Origin: Acidobacteriota bacterium
GTDB taxonomy: Bacteria > Acidobacteriota > UBA890 > WLXD01
NCBI GenBank assembly: GCA_963666215.2
Contig: CAXWPL010000002.1
Span: forward strand, 384,001 to 448,000
Reading direction: 5' to 3'
DNA length: 64,000 bases
Under the pieces are notes generated by a model, which did no database searches, was not told the origin of the DNA, and saw nothing but the letters and a program-made list of their open reading frames with translations. The translations under genes and the position numbers were made by a program. Below, one piece after another: positions 61,904 through 64,000 of this stretch. Numbering within the stretch: the first letter of the stretch is position 1; each line of letters starts with the position of its first letter.

Positions 61904-64000
61904 TTGGCACCCACCGCCGACGAGATCCGAAGCGCCTTTGTCGACTATTTCGTGTCGCGTGGACACAAGCACCTGCCCAGCGGCAGCTTGATCCCCGGCG
62001 ACGATCCGACGCTGCTGTTCACCAACGCCGGGATGAATCAGTTCAAGGACATCTTCGTTGGCGAGGTGGAGCGCTCGGTGCCGCGCGCGGTGACCTCGCA
62101 GAAGTGCATGCGCGTCTCTGGCAAGCACAACGACCTCGACAACGTAGGCCCTTCGCTGACGCATCACACGTTCTTCGAGATGCTGGGCAACTTTTCCTTC
62201 GGAGACTATTTCAAAGCGGAAGCGATCCGCATGGCCTGGGAGCTTTGTGTCGAAGGGTTCGGGCTGCCGCCGGAGCGCCTGTGGGCGAGTGTCTACGAGC
62301 AGGACGACGAGGCGGGCGAGCTGTGGCTGCAGGAAAGCGACGTGCCCGCCAGCCGCATCGTACGCCTCGGCAAAGAGGACAACTACTGGTCGATGGGGGA
62401 CACCGGTCCTTGCGGTCCGTGCTCCGAGATCTACTTCGATTGGGAGCCGCCCGCCGATGGAGTTGCCGGCGACGGCGATCAACCGGGCTCCGACTCGGGT
62501 CGCTTCGTCGAGCTGTGGAATCTCGTCTTCATGCAGTTCAACACCGATAGCAGCGGCGTGGTGTCGCCCCTGCCATCGCCGAACATCGACACCGGCGCTG
62601 GCCTGGAGCGCGTGACCGCCGTCCTCCAAGGGACCCGCAGCAGCTACGACACCGACCTTTTCGCGCCCATCATCGCCGGCGTCGCCGCACAGGCCGGCAT
62701 CACGTATGGCGAGGCTGACGAGAGCGATGTTGCGTTGCGTGTCATCGCCGATCACAGCCGCGCGCTCGCCTTTTTGCTGGCCGACGGGGTGATGCCGGCC
62801 AACGAGGGGCGCGGCTACGTGCTGCGGCGTGTTTTGCGCCGCGCCATGCGCTTCGGTATGAAGCTCGGCTTCGATCGTCCGTTCTTGCATGCCAGCGCCG
62901 CGGCTGTCGTGGAGCGCATGGGGACGACGTTCCCGGAGCTCAGCGAACAGCGCCAACTGATCGGCCGCGTGGTGTCGGGCGAGGAGGAGCGGTTCCTGCA
63001 GACACTGGCGGGGGCGTCGAGGGTCTTCAACGAGCGCGTCGACGAGCTGCGGTCGGCGGGCGAGAGCAGTATCCCGGGAGAGGTTGCATTCGCGCTCTAC
63101 GACACCCACGGGTTGCCCCTCGAGCTGGCGAGAGAGTTCGCTGAAGCTGAAGGCATGACGATCGACGAAGCGGGCTTCGACAGCGCCATGGAGGGCCAGC
63201 GCAGCCGCGCGCGCGCGGCCTGGAAGGGCGGCGCCGGTGTCGACGAACCTTTGCGCGAGCTGCTGCGAGGCGCCGTTGCCGACGATCCGAGCTGGACCGG
63301 CGAATTCGTGGGCTACGAGCTCCTTTCGATCGACGACGCGTGCGTGGTCGGGCTGGTCGCCAACGGAGAGCTCGTCGAGCGCCTTGGAGTCGGCGACGAA
63401 GGAGGCCTTGTGACCGACCGGACCCCCTTCTACGCCGAGTCGGGAGGTCAGGTGGGTGATCGCGGCGTCGTGACCACCAGCGAGGGCGATGGCGTCAGGG
63501 CGGAGGTGGAAGACACGACTCGACCGGTGGCCGGCGTCATTCTGCATCGCGTCAGAGTTCTCGATGGAGAGCTCGCGCTCGGCGATCGCGTGACTCTGAG
63601 CGTAGACGCCGACCGACGCCTGGATACCCGGAGCAATCACACGTCAACGCATTTGCTGCATGCGGTTCTGCGCGAGCGTCTCGGTGAGCACGTGCGGCAG
63701 GCCGGGTCGCTCGTTGAGCCGGAGCGACTGCGCTTCGATTTCGCGCACTACGAGGCGATTCCGTCGAGCATGCTGGAGCAGCTCGAAGCCGACATCAACA
63801 CGGCGATCCGCGCCGACATCGAGGTGGAGACCGTGGAGACCGATCACGCCGCTGCCATCGCCAAGGGGGCGCTGGCATTCTTCGGCGAGAAATACGGCGA
63901 TCGCGTGCGGGTGGTGAACGTGCCCGGGATCTCGATGGAACTGTGCGGTGGCACCCATGTGTCGCGAACCGGAGAGATCGGTGGGCTCGTGATCCAGCGC
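61904..64000 (+). CDS. alaS: Alanine--tRNA ligase, 3'-truncated by the window edge (absent from the ORF track)
   Basis: TTG-APTADEIRSAF, DPTLLFTNAGMNQFK, HHTFFEMLGNFSFGDYFK, ELCGGTH, all in one frame. Confidence 0.97.
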   Translation, partial: MAPTADEIRSAFVDYFVSRGHKHLPSGSLIPGDDPTLLFTNAGMNQFKDIFVGEVERSVPRAVTSQKCMRVSGKHNDLDNVGPSLTHHTFFEMLGNFSFGDYFKAEAIRMAWELCVEGFGLPPERLWASVYEQDDEAGELWLQESDVPASRIVRLGKEDNYWSMGDTGPCGPCSEIYFDWEPPADGVAGDGDQPGSDSGRFVELWNLVFMQFNTDSSGVVSPLPSPNIDTGAGLERVTAVLQGTRSSYDTDLFAPIIAGVAAQAGITYGEADESDVALRVIADHSRALAFLLADGVMPANEGRGYVLRRVLRRAMRFGMKLGFDRPFLHASAAAVVERMGTTFPELSEQRQLIGRVVSGEEERFLQTLAGASRVFNERVDELRSAGESSIPGEVAFALYDTHGLPLELAREFAEAEGMTIDEAGFDSAMEGQRSRARAAWKGGAGVDEPLRELLRGAVADDPSWTGEFVGYELLSIDDACVVGLVANGELVERLGVGDEGGLVTDRTPFYAESGGQVGDRGVVTTSEGDGVRAEVEDTTRPVAGVILHRVRVLDGELALGDRVTLSVDADRRLDTRSNHTSTHLLHAVLRERLGEHVRQAGSLVEPERLRFDFAHYEAIPSSMLEQLEADINTAIRADIEVETVETDHAAAIAKGALAFFGEKYGDRVRVVNVPGISMELCGGTHVSRTGEIGGLVIQR

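Overview
GC-rich bacterial chromosome segment. Gene content and order (tol-pal, recN-mtnP-pfkB-coaX, pilT-recX-alaS) suggest an Acidobacteriota-like organism; this is inference. Several isolated frameshifts suggest a long-read assembly. Most of the window is housekeeping: purC, CIRCE-groES-groEL, skp, rnpB, ssb, tol-pal, recN, folE, a Lon-like protease, purA, pssA/psd, tsaB, mutS, anmK, ilvE, pilT, recX and alaS. Three accessory blocks stand out. (1) 1-4298: three tandem paralogous secreted zinc metalloproteases. (2) 4295-14236: a same-strand sulfate-activation cluster (cysQ, sat, cysC) with no reductase or canonical sulfotransferase. It instead has three alkaline-phosphatase-superfamily enzymes, a DUF106/EMC3-like membrane protein and two small ribbon-helix-helix-like proteins; both small proteins and CysC end in a shared I-(R/K)-x-(K/R)-L-x-x-L-G-Y-(L/I) tail. 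This is my best candidate for an undescribed system. (3) 42812-47663: a decayed ~4.85 kb island integrated at the tRNA-Glu 3' end (14-bp direct repeats). It carries a complete IS481, an orphan terminase-small-subunit-like gene, a multiheme-cytochrome remnant and a Cyc2-like cytochrome-porin preceded by two DtxR/MntR-like boxes.
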